Counted from the stretch's first letter, positions 33,111 to 43,826 are shown. The stretch: 64,000 nt of DNA from Eubacteriales bacterium (GCA_045546975.1 JAZQDV010000010.1:128098-192097), one strand, 5' to 3'. A program made the numbers and translations. Notes: generated from the letters alone by a model not told the origin.

Positions 33111-35119
33111 GACTTGCACTTGCAGGAAATCAGAACAGCGGAAAAACAACGTTGTTTAACGTGCTTACGGGCTCGAATCAGCATGTTGGAAATTTTCCGG
33201 GGGTCACGGTTGACCAGAAGATAGGTGAAGTAAAGGGACAGAAGAATATGTCCGTTGTTGACCTTCCCGGAATATACTCTCTTCGTCCGTACACACAAGA
33301 GGAGATAGTTTCTCGCGACTTTATCATAAACGAAAAGCCTGACGCTATTATAAATATAGTTGATGCTACGAATATTGAAAGAAGCCTATATCTGACGCTT
33401 CAGCTTTTGGAGCTTCGTGTTCCTATGGTACTTGCTCTCAATATGATGGATGAGGTGCGTGCAAACAACGGTTCCATTAATATAAAAAAGCTCAGTGAAG
33501 AGCTTGGCATTCCCGTCGTACCGATAAGTGCAGTGAAGGGCGAGGGTGTAAGCGAGCTCATAAATCAGGTAAACCTTGTCGCAAAGACAAAGATGCTCCC
33601 GAAGGTGTACGACTTTTGCTCGGGTTCATCACCGGTGCACAGATGTATTCACGCAGTAACTCACGTCATCGAGGACCACGCAGAGAATATCGGAATTCCG
33701 TCAAGATTCTGCACAGTGAAGCTTATTGAGGAAGATTTTGAGCTCTCCAAAAAGCTTGACCTTCATGAAAACGAGCGTGAGCTTATAGAACACTGTGTAG
33801 TTGAGATGGAGGCAGAAACCGGACTTGACAGAAACGCGGCGATAGCAGATATGCGCTATACTTTTATCGAGAGAGTAGTAGCTCTCTCAGTTATAAAAGC
33901 CGAGGAAAGCCGTGAACATAGGCGCTCGATGAATATTGACCGCATACTTACGGGCAAATATACTGCAATTCCTGTATTTGCGTGTATTATGGCACTTATT
34001 TTCTGGCTCACGTTCGGGGTTATCGGAACGTATTTGTCAGATTTGTTTGGCGCAGGTATTGATAAGCTTGCAGGAGTTGTTGATGCAGCGCTTACAACAT
34101 ACGGGATAAATCACGTAATACATAGCCTCATAATTGACGGAATTTTTGCGGGTGTTGGTGGTGTTCTTACCTTCTTGCCGCTTATTGTGACGTTGTTCTT
34201 CTTCCTGTCTATCCTTGAGGACACGGGATATATGGCAAGAGTGGCTTTCTTTATGGATAAACCGCTTCGAAAAATCGGTCTTTCGGGAAAGAGCTTTGTT
34301 CCGATGCTCATTGGTTTTGGATGTACCGTACCTGCTATTATGGCAACGCGAACTCTTGCATCCGACAGAGACCGAAAGATGACAATTCTTCTTACTCCGT
34401 ATATGAGTTGCACGGCCAAAATACCGATTTATGCGGTTTTTGCAGCGGCATTTTTCCCGGGATATAGCGCACTTGTTATGACGGCACTTTATGTGTTCGG
34501 AATTCTTCTTGCAATTCTTATTGCAGTAATCCTCAAGAAAACCGCTTTTCGTGGAAATCCTGTTCCGTTTGTAATGGAGCTTCCGAATTATCGTTTGCCG
34601 TCTCTTAAGAGCGTTTGGCTTCTCCTTTGGGATAAGGCACGCGACTTTATCGAGCGCGCATTTACAATCATTTTCTTTGCAACTATAATCATCTGGTTTC
34701 TGCAGACGTTTGATATGCGTCTGAATCTTGTTTCGGACAGTTCCGAAAGCCTTCTTGCGATTATCGGCAGATGGATATCTCCGATATTTGCACCGCTCGG
34801 GTTTAACGATTGGCGCATTGCAACGGCACTTATTTCAGGCTTTTCGGCAAAGGAAGCAGTCGTATCCTCGCTCTCTGTTCTTGCGGGGACGGGTATGTCA
34901 GGGGTTTCTGAATCCTTGCATACTATGTTTGCAACACCACTTTCTGCAGTGAGCTTCCTTGTGTTCACTCTCTTGTATACGCCGTGTGTTGCAGCGGTAG
35001 CGACAATCAGACGCGAGCTTAAAAGCACACTTGCAACAATCGGAGTTGTAATAATGCAGTGCGCTGTCGCATGGGTTGCGGCATGGCTTGTGTTTGTTCT
35101 TGGAAGTGTGATAATATGA
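33107..35119 (+). CDS. feoB: ferrous iron transport protein B
   Basis: N-terminal GTPase (GNQNSGKTTLFN, DLPG) and a polytopic C-terminal permease, 670 aa. Confidence 0.9.
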   Translation: MRLALAGNQNSGKTTLFNVLTGSNQHVGNFPGVTVDQKIGEVKGQKNMSVVDLPGIYSLRPYTQEEIVSRDFIINEKPDAIINIVDATNIERSLYLTLQLLELRVPMVLALNMMDEVRANNGSINIKKLSEELGIPVVPISAVKGEGVSELINQVNLVAKTKMLPKVYDFCSGSSPVHRCIHAVTHVIEDHAENIGIPSRFCTVKLIEEDFELSKKLDLHENERELIEHCVVEMEAETGLDRNAAIADMRYTFIERVVALSVIKAEESREHRRSMNIDRILTGKYTAIPVFACIMALIFWLTFGVIGTYLSDLFGAGIDKLAGVVDAALTTYGINHVIHSLIIDGIFAGVGGVLTFLPLIVTLFFFLSILEDTGYMARVAFFMDKPLRKIGLSGKSFVPMLIGFGCTVPAIMATRTLASDRDRKMTILLTPYMSCTAKIPIYAVFAAAFFPGYSALVMTALYVFGILLAILIAVILKKTAFRGNPVPFVMELPNYRLPSLKSVWLLLWDKARDFIERAFTIIFFATIIIWFLQTFDMRLNLVSDSSESLLAIIGRWISPIFAPLGFNDWRIATALISGFSAKEAVVSSLSVLAGTGMSGVSESLHTMFATPLSAVSFLVFTLLYTPCVAAVATIRRELKSTLATIGVVIMQCAVAWVAAWLVFVLGSVII

Positions 35120-35253
35120 GTGTTTTTGATTGGATTATTGTAGCAGTAATAGTACTTGCGGTGGTCACTTCTGTTCTTCTGGCAAGAAACCGAAAAAAGG
35201 AAGGAAGAGGCTGCTGCGGCGATTGTTCCTCCTGCAGAGGATGTAATAGATAA
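35116..35253 (+). CDS. FeoB-associated Cys-rich membrane protein (45 aa)
   Basis: ATG overlaps the feoB stop (ATGA). MSVFDWIIVAVIVLAVVTSVLLARNRKKEGRGCCGDCSSCRGCNR has one TM segment and a CCGxCxxCxGC tail. Confidence 0.7.
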   Translation: MSVFDWIIVAVIVLAVVTSVLLARNRKKEGRGCCGDCSSCRGCNR

Positions 35254-35254
35254 A

Positions 35255-35286
35255 AAAGAACCTCGGTTTTAACACCGAGGTTCTTT
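35255..35286. terminator. bidirectional terminator hairpin
   Basis: AAAGAACCTCGG-loop-CCGAGGTTCTTT. Confidence 0.65.
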
Positions 35287-35295
35287 AATGTCTTA

Positions 35296-36378
35296 TTATA
35301 CTTTTTCGTGGCGCAGGAAATCGAAATATCCCCATTCGTAAAACTTTTTGAGAAGTGCGATCGGGATAGGCAGGAACATACCAATTATTCCGAAAAGCTT
35401 GATACCTATATACATCGACATAAGAGTTACAAGGGGGTGGAGACCAATGTTGTCGCCGACGATTTTGGGCTCAATAAAGTTTCGGACTATAACTACAACT
35501 CCGTATACAATCGCGAGTCCTACTGCGAAGAGATAGTTTCCCGAAAGTATGGAAACGATAGCCCAGGGAAGAAGTACCCAACCCGTGCCGAGAATCGGAA
35601 GTGCGTCGATAATTGCGACGAGAGCTGCAACGAGCACAGGACTCGGCACTCGCAAAACAGCAAAAGCTATTGAAAGCTCTGCAAATGTAATGAGGAGCAG
35701 AAGCATCATCGCAAGGATGTAGCTGACAAGTGTTTTTGAAACCTGCTTTTTTGTCTCTCTCAAACGGAAACGCCATTTTTCTGAAAGGAGATTGATGATC
35801 TTTTCGCGAATCTTGTGATAATCGCAAGTGAAGAAATAGGTTGATGCGATTGAAGCGATTATGAAAATAAGCAGTGCAGGGAAGAATGAAGCAAGATCTG
35901 CGGTGAATGACACAAGCGGGGAAATGAGGTTTCGGAGAGATGAAACAAGTGAGGAAATCCAACCCTCAGCATTACTGTAAACAAAGCTTTGAATCTCTAC
36001 AGGGAAGTTCTCAAGCAGATTTGTGAGAGTGCTGTTAAAACCGTTAACGAGAAGATTCATATCAAGATTTTTTAGGCGGTTGAACAATTCAACAAGCTCT
36101 TTTACAATTTTTGAGGAAGCAAAGTAGAAGAGAGTACCGATGATGCCATAAAAAAGAACGGTGAAAATAATACTTGCAAGAGGTCTGGGGAAGCGAAGCC
36201 GCTTTTGGAAAAAGGAGACGGGGTGTTCTATTATTCTTGAAATGATAAACGCAAGTAAAAACGGAGCAACCCATACAAGTGCATATTTGAATATGAGCCA
36301 CAGAGCAAAAAGTGCAAGTAATAAGTATAAAAGTGTAATAAAAAATCGCAAATGCTTGTTTTCGGGCATCCGAATCAC
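35296..36378 (-). CDS. ytvI: AI-2E family transporter, YtvI-like sporulation membrane protein
   Basis: 360 aa, polytopic. Its overall layout matches the other AI-2E gene, and the N-terminus is YtvI-like. The symbol is tentative. Confidence 0.65.
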   Translation of the reverse strand: MIRMPENKHLRFFITLLYLLLALFALWLIFKYALVWVAPFLLAFIISRIIEHPVSFFQKRLRFPRPLASIIFTVLFYGIIGTLFYFASSKIVKELVELFNRLKNLDMNLLVNGFNSTLTNLLENFPVEIQSFVYSNAEGWISSLVSSLRNLISPLVSFTADLASFFPALLIFIIASIASTYFFTCDYHKIREKIINLLSEKWRFRLRETKKQVSKTLVSYILAMMLLLLITFAELSIAFAVLRVPSPVLVAALVAIIDALPILGTGWVLLPWAIVSILSGNYLFAVGLAIVYGVVVIVRNFIEPKIVGDNIGLHPLVTLMSMYIGIKLFGIIGMFLPIPIALLKKFYEWGYFDFLRHEKV

Positions 36379-36538
36379 TCTCCTTTGACTATATTATATA
36401 TCATACCTTGCGGAAATAAAAGATTTTTTTGACAAAATGATGAAAAAATTTTCATAGAAAATACTTGCAAAATATATGCAGGTATGTTATCATAGTATCC
36501 GTCGTACAAAAACAAATGACCGCAAGGGAGAGATATTT

Positions 36539-36982
36539 TTGAGCGATAAACATAAGTATTATATAGTTCAGGAAACGGCCCTTCCAGAGGTTCTTATAAG
36601 GTGCGTGAAAGCAAAAGAGTATCTTTCCTCAGGGAAAGCAAAAACGGTGAATGAGGCAACTGCTCTTGCAGATGTAAGCCGAAGTGCGTTTTATAAGTAT
36701 AAGGATCTTGTGTCCCCATTCAACGACCGTTCTCTTGGACACGTAATCACGTTCAGTATGCTGTTGCGTGACGAGCCGGGAGTGCTGTCGGGTATACTTT
36801 CACACTTTGCGGAAAACGGTGCAAATGTTCTCACGATTTATCAGACGATACCAAACGGTGCAAGAGCGCCTGTTACAATATCTGCCGATACGGTGGCAAT
36901 GACCTGTGACCTTGATAGCTTTATCGAGCGGGCGAGGGAGCTTTCCGGAGTTATTTCATTCGGACCGCTTGCAGGTCAATAA
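36539..36982 (+). CDS. ACT domain-containing protein (UPF0735 / PheB-like)
   Basis: A TTG start at 36539, behind AGGGAGAG, is proposed. N-terminal HTH-like segment (NEATALADVSRSAFYKYK) followed by an ACT fold. Confidence 0.65.
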   Translation: MSDKHKYYIVQETALPEVLIRCVKAKEYLSSGKAKTVNEATALADVSRSAFYKYKDLVSPFNDRSLGHVITFSMLLRDEPGVLSGILSHFAENGANVLTIYQTIPNGARAPVTISADTVAMTCDLDSFIERARELSGVISFGPLAGQ

Positions 36983-36998
36983 GAAAGGAGAAAATAAA

Positions 36999-38213
36999 AT
37001 GAAAAAGATTGCTGTTCTCGGATACGGTACAGTCGGTTCCGGCGTTGTCGACCTTATGGAAATGAACGCTGACACAATCGCAAATAATGCCGGCGAGCCT
37101 GTCGAGGTTAAGTATATTGTCGACATACGGGACTTCTCAAAGGACAAAAACGCGTCAAAATTCGTAAAGGATTTTTCTGTCATTGAAAACGACCCTGAGG
37201 TTTCGGTGGTTGTAGAAACAATCGGCGGAACAAATCCTGCTTACGACTTCACAAAGCGTGCACTTCTTGCAGGCAAGAGTGTTGTAACCTCAAATAAAGA
37301 GCTTGTTGCAACGTACGGCGCAGAACTTTTGAAAATTGCACGCGAGAAAAACGTAAACTATCTGTTTGAGGCATCCGTCGGCGGTGGTATTCCGGTAATC
37401 CGTCCTATAGCACAGTGCCTCGCAGCAAACAAGATTGACGAAATTTACGGAATACTCAACGGAACAACAAACTACATACTTACCCGTATGATAAAGGCGG
37501 GGCTCACATTTGAAAAAGCACTTTCCGAGGCGCAGGAGCTTGGATATGCAGAGCGAGATCCCAGCGCGGATATAGAGGGTCACGATGCTTGCAGAAAAAT
37601 CTGTATCCTTGCATCTCTTGCTTTTGGAAAGCACATTTATCCGAAGTACATAAAAACAGAGGGTATAACAAAAGTAACTCTTGACGATGTAAGACTTGCA
37701 GGAAAGGCAGGAAAGGTAATCCGCCTTCTCGGAAGAACAAAGCTCTCATCTGACGGTAAGGTGTTTGCTTATGTCGGTCCGCATCTCGTGGATAAATCCT
37801 CACCAATATCATCTGTCGAGGATGTATTCAACGGAATTATGGTCCATGGTAATATGGTCGGCAGCACTATGTTCTACGGCCCCGGCGCAGGCAAGTACCC
37901 GACGGCAAGTGCGGTATCTGCAGACGTTATTGACGCAGTAAAGCATATTAATGCACGCAAGTATCTTTTCTGGGAAGACGCCGGTGAAGAGGTTCTGGCG
38001 GATATGTCAGAATTTGTATCAAAGTACTATGTACGCATTGACGGCGAGAATGCAAGAAGTGCGGCAACACAGGTCTTTGGAGAGGTTAAGTTCATTGATG
38101 ATGAGGGCGCGGTTGCATTCATCACCGATGATATAAAGGCTTCTGCATTTGAAGAAAAGATTTCCGCTCTCGACGAGCGAGTAGATGTCTTGTCACAGAT
38201 GCGAGTTCTTTAA
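36999..38213 (+). CDS. hom: homoserine dehydrogenase
   Basis: Start moved to ATG 36999 (SD AAAGGAG). MKKIAVLGYGTVGSG NAD motif, GGGIPVI, and a C-terminal ACT-like domain. Confidence 0.9.
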   Translation: MKKIAVLGYGTVGSGVVDLMEMNADTIANNAGEPVEVKYIVDIRDFSKDKNASKFVKDFSVIENDPEVSVVVETIGGTNPAYDFTKRALLAGKSVVTSNKELVATYGAELLKIAREKNVNYLFEASVGGGIPVIRPIAQCLAANKIDEIYGILNGTTNYILTRMIKAGLTFEKALSEAQELGYAERDPSADIEGHDACRKICILASLAFGKHIYPKYIKTEGITKVTLDDVRLAGKAGKVIRLLGRTKLSSDGKVFAYVGPHLVDKSSPISSVEDVFNGIMVHGNMVGSTMFYGPGAGKYPTASAVSADVIDAVKHINARKYLFWEDAGEEVLADMSEFVSKYYVRIDGENARSAATQVFGEVKFIDDEGAVAFITDDIKASAFEEKISALDERVDVLSQMRVL

Positions 38214-38254
38214 TAATATAATATTACAGAAAATTCTGAAAGGAAGAAAAATAT

Positions 38255-39457
38255 ATGAGTCTTATAGTACAGAAATTCGGTGGCTCTTCTGTTGCTGACA
38301 CTGAACGCGTGTTCAACGTTGCGGATATTGTAACAAAGACATACGCCGAAGGAAATGACGTTGTAGTTGTTGTTTCTGCTCAGGGTGACACAACGGATGA
38401 CCTCATCGAAAAGGCAAAGGAAATCAACCCCAACCCCTCAAAGCGTGAGATGGACGTTCTCCTCTCAAACGGAGAGCAGATTTCAATGTCACTTCTTGCA
38501 ATGGCAATTGAAAAGCTCGGCTTCCCTGTAATATCACTTACGGGCTGGCAGGCAGGAATCCATACAGGAATGAACTATGGCGCTGCACGAATCAAGAAGA
38601 TAGAGACAGAACGCTTAAAGCTTGAAATCTCAAAGAGAAGAATCGTTATCGTTGCAGGATTCCAGGGAATTAATAAGTTTGAAGACATAACAACTCTCGG
38701 CCGTGGCGGCTCTGATACAACAGCAGTTGCACTTGCAGCAGCGCTCGGTGCTGACCTTTGTCAGATATACACAGACGTTGACGGTGTATATTCTGCAGAC
38801 CCGCGTATCGTAAAGAACGCAAAGAAGCTTAATGAAGTTTCATTTGACGAAATGCTTGAGCTTGCATCGCTTGGTGCAAACGTTCTTCACAACCGTTCGG
38901 TTGAAATGGCAAAACGCTTTAATGTTGATATGGAAGTTGTTTCAAGCTTCACCCGTAATCCCGGTACAAAAATTAAGGAGGCAAACAAAATGGAAAAAAT
39001 GAATGTAAGCGGCGTAGCACGCGATATGGATGTTGCTCAGATTTCTCTTGTAAATATGGAAGATGTTCCCGGTATTGCATACAAGGTGTTTTCTCTCCTT
39101 GCAAATAAGAGCATCAATGTAGACATAATCCTTCAGTCTATAGGACGCGACAATACAAAGGACATCGCATTTACAGTACCGAGCTCGGCTCTTGACAATG
39201 CGAAGAAGATTCTCGAGGACAATAAAGAAAACCTCGGCTTTGAGAAGCTCGCAGTTCGTGATGACCTCTGCAAGCTCTCTATCGTGGGTGCAGGAATGGT
39301 AAACAACCCCGGTGTTGCTGCTATGATGTTTGAAGCACTTGCAGCAGCAAATGTAAACATCAATATGATTTCAACAAGTGAAATCAAGGTTTCCGTGCTT
39401 ATCAAGAAGGAAGATTCCGAGCGTGCAATGCGCGCAGTTCACGACAAGTTCTTTTAA
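38255..39457 (+). CDS. lysC: aspartate kinase
   Basis: IVQKFGGSSV, GRGGSDTTA, TDVDGVYSADPR and two C-terminal ACT domains. Confidence 0.9.
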   Translation: MSLIVQKFGGSSVADTERVFNVADIVTKTYAEGNDVVVVVSAQGDTTDDLIEKAKEINPNPSKREMDVLLSNGEQISMSLLAMAIEKLGFPVISLTGWQAGIHTGMNYGAARIKKIETERLKLEISKRRIVIVAGFQGINKFEDITTLGRGGSDTTAVALAAALGADLCQIYTDVDGVYSADPRIVKNAKKLNEVSFDEMLELASLGANVLHNRSVEMAKRFNVDMEVVSSFTRNPGTKIKEANKMEKMNVSGVARDMDVAQISLVNMEDVPGIAYKVFSLLANKSINVDIILQSIGRDNTKDIAFTVPSSALDNAKKILEDNKENLGFEKLAVRDDLCKLSIVGAGMVNNPGVAAMMFEALAAANVNINMISTSEIKVSVLIKKEDSERAMRAVHDKFF

Positions 39458-39496
39458 GAGATAAAAAAAGAACGGGACTTAAGTCACGGTCTTTTT

Positions 39497-40117
39497 TTAT
39501 CTTATTTTAACAAGCAAAGCTCTGCCGTCTTTTACAGTCACGCGTGCAGTTTTTCCGGGTAAAGGCTCGTTGCTCACGCCGTACTGAAAGCTTGCGGAGA
39601 TTTCAGCATCCTCGAGCGGGAACTTTGCATCGCGTATGGATATTCCGCGAGCAGTACCGTCAATGCTGAGAAGTGAAAAATAGGGGAAGGTATCGGGGAT
39701 TTCTTTTTCATCAGTGTCCACGATTTCCATTTCTGAAAAGTCGTCAATTATCTTGCCTCGAAGCCTGTGGTCATCAAGATAGAGAAGAATGGAAATGTTT
39801 GCAAGTGTGTGGTCAAACCTTCCACCGACCGCACCGATAATCAGAAAGTCAGTAAAGCCTCGGGATATAGCTTCTTTAAGTGCAAAAAACGTGTCTGTAT
39901 CATCCTTTTCTTTGGGGAGTACAATTGTTTCTATATCGGTGTCGGGGAGCTTGTGCGAATCAAAATCACCCACTATGAGGTTTGGTTTCACTCCCAGTGA
40001 GTTTGTGTGCAAAAGTCCGCAGTCGCAGAAAATATAGAAGTCATCGTCATTAAGATAACTTTTAACGGTGTCGTATTTTTTTATTTCGGCACCGCCGACT
40101 ATTACGCAACGCTTCAT
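39497..40117 (-). CDS. thiN: thiamine diphosphokinase
   Basis: 206 aa with GDFDS, GGRFDH and a C-terminal beta domain. Confidence 0.85.
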   Translation of the reverse strand: MKRCVIVGGAEIKKYDTVKSYLNDDDFYIFCDCGLLHTNSLGVKPNLIVGDFDSHKLPDTDIETIVLPKEKDDTDTFFALKEAISRGFTDFLIIGAVGGRFDHTLANISILLYLDDHRLRGKIIDDFSEMEIVDTDEKEIPDTFPYFSLLSIDGTARGISIRDAKFPLEDAEISASFQYGVSNEPLPGKTARVTVKDGRALLVKIR

Positions 40118-40237
40118 AAAATATCTCCTTTAGTGAGAGTTTCTATTTATAATAATACCACAAATGTCAAGCTTGTGTCATAACGGGGAATAAGCTGAAT
40201 ATACTTTATTGAAATTGAAATAAAAGGAGAGAAAGTA

Positions 40238-41773
40238 ATGGAGCTTATGCTTGATAGAGTGTGTCGGGAACGCTACGATAGAGTTTTCTGTACAACCGAA
40301 ATGCACGAGGAAATGACGGAAATGATCATTACGGACAAAAGTCCGGACGTCTTGCGGATAGTGAAAGGGTGCGCTGATGTCTATATTAAGGACAAGAGTG
40401 CGCGCGAGGGCAAAATAGACACAAGTGGAAACATTAAAGGTGTTGTACTTTACATAGCTGAGGGAGAGTCGGAAGTGCGAAAACTCGACTTTTCTATACC
40501 GTTTTCGTACGTTACTGATGCAAAAGATGTAAAACCATCCTCAAAGGTAAAGGCTTCGGTTTGCCTTAAAAACTTTGATGTTTCGGAAGCTAACCCGAGA
40601 AAGATTTCGATAAAGGCAACGCTTGAACTTTCAGTTTCTGCATATGAGAAGAAAATGCTCGAGCTTGCAAATGAGATAAACACACCTGACGGTGCGGAGG
40701 TTCACACAAAAAAACGCGGGATAGAGCTTTATAACACGACACATATAGAGGAAAAGCCCTTTGTGATAAATGATGATATTGAGCTTACATCGAGTGAAAG
40801 CGAGCTCCAGAGTATTCTCACAAGCTCGGTATCACTTTCTGTCACCGACACTAAAATAATAGGGAATAAGGCCATTGTAAAGGGTATCGCAGAGATGGCA
40901 TATATGTATAAGCTTTATGACGGAGCCGTCGGTTCGGGTGAGTATGAGCTTCCGTTTTCGCAGATACTTGACATAGAAGGAATGACCGAGGAGGATGACC
41001 TTGAAAATTGCCTTACTGTCTCAGCGTTTGAGCTTGAACCTCAATACGATGCGACCGGCAAGGCACGTTATATGACGGCAAGCATTTCTGCAGAGGTCTG
41101 CAGTGTTGTGAGAAGACGTGAAAGAGTAGAGATAATAGATGATCTTTACAGCGTAGGAAGTGACCTCACACTTAAGAGGGAAAACCTCTCATGTGAGAGC
41201 TTTACCGACAGGGTAGAAAAGAGGGTATCGGTGAGCGAAGGGATTGAGGCGGAAAACGGAGTAAAGCGAGTTCTTGATGTAGATGTAAAAGTTTTTGCTC
41301 CTCAGCGCAGACGGGAGGAGAACGAGGACAGACTCGTATCTGATGCCGTTATAAATGTGGTCTACATAGGAACGGATGACGTGCTTTATAATGTGCGCCG
41401 CAGAAAAAATGTAGCTTGCCCGGTTTCCGTTATCGGTGGAAGTAACTACGAAGCAACCGCCCGAGTAAACGGAAAGGGATATTCCGTAGGTGTAGGAAAC
41501 GAAATAAATGTACGGTTCTTCACGGATTTTGACATAACAGAGACGAATGATATAGCCGTTCCGGTGATATCGGAGGCGGAGCTTTCTGAGATTCCTGAAA
41601 AGAAAGCAAATAGCTTTACCGTAAGCGTCGTACGGCTTTCAGACGAATACGACCTGTGGTCACTTGCGAAGGAGCATAGGTCAACTGTCGAGGAAATCAA
41701 ACTTGCAAACAATATAGCAGAGGATTCTGAACTCAAAAAAGGCAGAATGGTGCTTATCCCGAAGAGAGGGTAA
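40238..41773 (+). CDS. DUF3794 (SPOCS) repeat protein with C-terminal LysM domain (sporulation-associated)
   Basis: Repeated DUF3794-like beta modules and a C-terminal LysM (YDLWSLAKEHRSTVEEIKLANNI...GRMVLIP). An upstream GTCATAAC-N13-AATATACT is weakly SigE-like. Confidence 0.65.
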   Translation: MELMLDRVCRERYDRVFCTTEMHEEMTEMIITDKSPDVLRIVKGCADVYIKDKSAREGKIDTSGNIKGVVLYIAEGESEVRKLDFSIPFSYVTDAKDVKPSSKVKASVCLKNFDVSEANPRKISIKATLELSVSAYEKKMLELANEINTPDGAEVHTKKRGIELYNTTHIEEKPFVINDDIELTSSESELQSILTSSVSLSVTDTKIIGNKAIVKGIAEMAYMYKLYDGAVGSGEYELPFSQILDIEGMTEEDDLENCLTVSAFELEPQYDATGKARYMTASISAEVCSVVRRRERVEIIDDLYSVGSDLTLKRENLSCESFTDRVEKRVSVSEGIEAENGVKRVLDVDVKVFAPQRRREENEDRLVSDAVINVVYIGTDDVLYNVRRRKNVACPVSVIGGSNYEATARVNGKGYSVGVGNEINVRFFTDFDITETNDIAVPVISEAELSEIPEKKANSFTVSVVRLSDEYDLWSLAKEHRSTVEEIKLANNIAEDSELKKGRMVLIPKRG

Positions 41774-41775
41774 AT

Positions 41776-41813
41776 AAAAAAGAGACTAATCGTTTTGCGA
41801 TTAGTCTCTTAAA
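41776..41813. terminator. bidirectional intrinsic terminator
   Basis: AGAGACTAATCG-TTTTG-CGATTAGTCTCT flanked by A and T runs. Confidence 0.7.
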
Positions 41814-41822
41814 ATTTAATTA

Positions 41823-42869
41823 TCAAAGGTCGAGCTTTAAGTCGCCATCTTTTATCCAGCCGATTTTTCTGAAAAAGGCTCCGAATAACCAGCAGAGAAT
41901 TGCGGGGAGAATGAAGTGTGTTATAAGCATTGCTGCCCAGTGGTATACACCGACTGCAATACCGTCGCTTATCCAACCTGTGTATGTACCTATCTGACCA
42001 ACAAGACCGCAGGTACCCATACCTGAGGAAACGGGAGCACCGTTCATTTCAAGCTTGAATACACATGTTGCAACAGGTCCGACTATTGCAGAGGCAAGGA
42101 TGGGACCGACCCAAATTTTCGGGTTTTTAACGATATTGCCCATCTGAAGCATAGACGTTCCAAGTCCCTGGGCAAGAAGTCCGCCAAAACGATTTTCACG
42201 GAAGCTCATAACCGCAAACCCAACCATCTGAGCGCAGCAGCCTGCAAGAGCTGCGCCGCCCGCAAGTCCTGTAAGAGAAAGTCCTGCGCAGATAGCGGCA
42301 CTTGAAATCGGAAGTGTAAGAGCGATTCCGACTACAACTGAAACGATAATACCCATCCAGAATGGGTGAAGCTCTGTTGCAAGCATAATGAGGTTTCCGA
42401 GGTAGCTTGCGGCAACACCGATAGGTGCGGCAATCACCATAGCGACAAGGATACCTACGCAAATTGTAACGATGGGTGTGACGATAATGTCAAGCTTTGT
42501 CTCCTTGCTTACGGCTTTGCCGAACTCAGAGGCAATAATTGTTATGATTAAAACTGCAAAGGCTCCGCCTGCGCCACCAAGCTCGTTTGCTGCAACACCT
42601 ACAGAGGTGAGAGAGAACAAAACAAGCGGTGGGCATTTAAGGGCATAGCCTATTGCGATTGCCATAGCCGCACCCTGAGCTCCCTTTGCAAAGGTTCCTA
42701 CAGTTACAAGAGCCTCAATGCCGAGCTGCTGACCGATAGTGGAAATAATTGTGCCGATGAGAAGGGAAGCGAAAAGTCCCTGTGCCATAGCACCGAGCGC
42801 GTCGATGAAATAACGCTTAAATGAAAATTCAATGTCCTTGCGCTTCAAAAACGCTTTGAGCTTACTCAA
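41823..42869 (-). CDS. PTS EIIC-like permease (PF13303-type, stand-alone)
   Basis: A TTG start at 42869, behind AGGAGG, is proposed. Sequence SKLKAFLKRKDIEFSFKRYFIDALGAMAQGLFASLLIGTI followed by about 10 TM segments. No EIIA/EIIB nearby. Confidence 0.6.
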   Translation of the reverse strand: MSKLKAFLKRKDIEFSFKRYFIDALGAMAQGLFASLLIGTIISTIGQQLGIEALVTVGTFAKGAQGAAMAIAIGYALKCPPLVLFSLTSVGVAANELGGAGGAFAVLIITIIASEFGKAVSKETKLDIIVTPIVTICVGILVAMVIAAPIGVAASYLGNLIMLATELHPFWMGIIVSVVVGIALTLPISSAAICAGLSLTGLAGGAALAGCCAQMVGFAVMSFRENRFGGLLAQGLGTSMLQMGNIVKNPKIWVGPILASAIVGPVATCVFKLEMNGAPVSSGMGTCGLVGQIGTYTGWISDGIAVGVYHWAAMLITHFILPAILCWLFGAFFRKIGWIKDGDLKLDL

Positions 42870-42960
42870 GAAAAAGACCTCCTGTTTTGCCGAAAGGCAT
42901 CGTAATGAAAAATATTTTATCACACTTTGCCAAAATGTCAATTGCGCAAGGCAAAATAAC

Positions 42961-42989
42961 TTGCAATTTTTTGTATTTTTAACTATAAT
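42961..42989 (+). promoter_or_regulatory. sigmaA promoter of the methyltransferase-yibE/F pair
   Basis: TTGCAA-N17-TATAAT. Confidence 0.6.
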
Positions 42990-43013
42990 TATTCTGTTAA
43001 ACAAATTGGAGGA

Positions 43014-43814
43014 ATGAAGATGATTATAGTCGGTGAAAAGTTAAATAGTTCAATTCCGTCAGTTTTTCGTGCGTTTAACGAGCGCGACGATGAAGCTGTC
43101 AAAACTCTCGCCGAGCGTCAGATAAAGGGCGGAGCCGAGTATCTTGATGTCAACGCTGCAGCTTGTATGGAAAAAGAACTTGAGGTGCTGTTGTGGGCGT
43201 CAGAGAAGGCACTTTCACTCGGCGCAAAGGTGATGCTTGACTCTCCGAATGCGGAGATAGTAGATGCGGCACTTTCCCACCTTTCACTTTCAGATACAAT
43301 AATAAATTCCGTAACACTCGAGAGCGACAGATTTGACGGGGTAATGAAATGCGTAAAAAAATACGGCACACGAATAGTTGCACTTCCGATTGATGACAGC
43401 GGAATCCCTGCTTCTGCGGAAAGTCGTACGGAACTCGCGTCTGAGCTTATAGAAAAGATACGGGAGGCAGGAGTAAAGGATAGCGACATTTTCCTTGACG
43501 TGCTTATCCAGACACTTGGTACCGACAGTGAGTGCGGTCTTGTCGCACTTGATACAATACGGAATATCCGTGCAAAATACCCGGATGTACATATAATCGG
43601 AGGTCTTTCAAACATCTCGTTCGGGCTTCCTAAACGCGCAATATTAAACAGTGCGTTTCTCACTGCTGCAATCACCTGCGGGCTTGATTCGGCTATTATG
43701 GACAGCGCAAACGGGGACCTTGTTATATCGATGCGTGCGGCGCTTCTTGCCAACGGACGCGACGAATACTGTATGGATTATATCGAGGCATTCCGCGAGA
43801 TTTATCCTGAATAA
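43014..43814 (+). CDS. pterin-binding methyltetrahydrofolate:corrinoid methyltransferase-like protein (MeTr/AcsE family)
   Basis: Collinear with the Moorella MeTr sequence as I recall it: IIVGEKLN, YLDVNA, INSVT, GGLSNISFGLP, NSAFLTAAITCGLDSAIMD. An alternative start at ATG 43020 has better SD spacing. Confidence 0.7.
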   Translation: MKMIIVGEKLNSSIPSVFRAFNERDDEAVKTLAERQIKGGAEYLDVNAAACMEKELEVLLWASEKALSLGAKVMLDSPNAEIVDAALSHLSLSDTIINSVTLESDRFDGVMKCVKKYGTRIVALPIDDSGIPASAESRTELASELIEKIREAGVKDSDIFLDVLIQTLGTDSECGLVALDTIRNIRAKYPDVHIIGGLSNISFGLPKRAILNSAFLTAAITCGLDSAIMDSANGDLVISMRAALLANGRDEYCMDYIEAFREIYPE

Positions 43815-43826
43815 AGGAGAGAAGGT

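Noticed and set aside
38214-38254. Looked for a lysine riboswitch (L-box) before lysC
   Set aside because: The gap is only 41 nt, and lysC appears co-transcribed with the ACT-hom genes.
43118-43753. 211-aa minus-strand ORF inside the MeTr-like gene, and similar long antisense ORFs at 32013..32504, 34588..35028, 10945..11463, 11815..12306, 62139..62696
   Set aside because: Each is fully contained antisense in a gene with clear homology. None has an SD and all have Ser/Arg-rich shadow composition.
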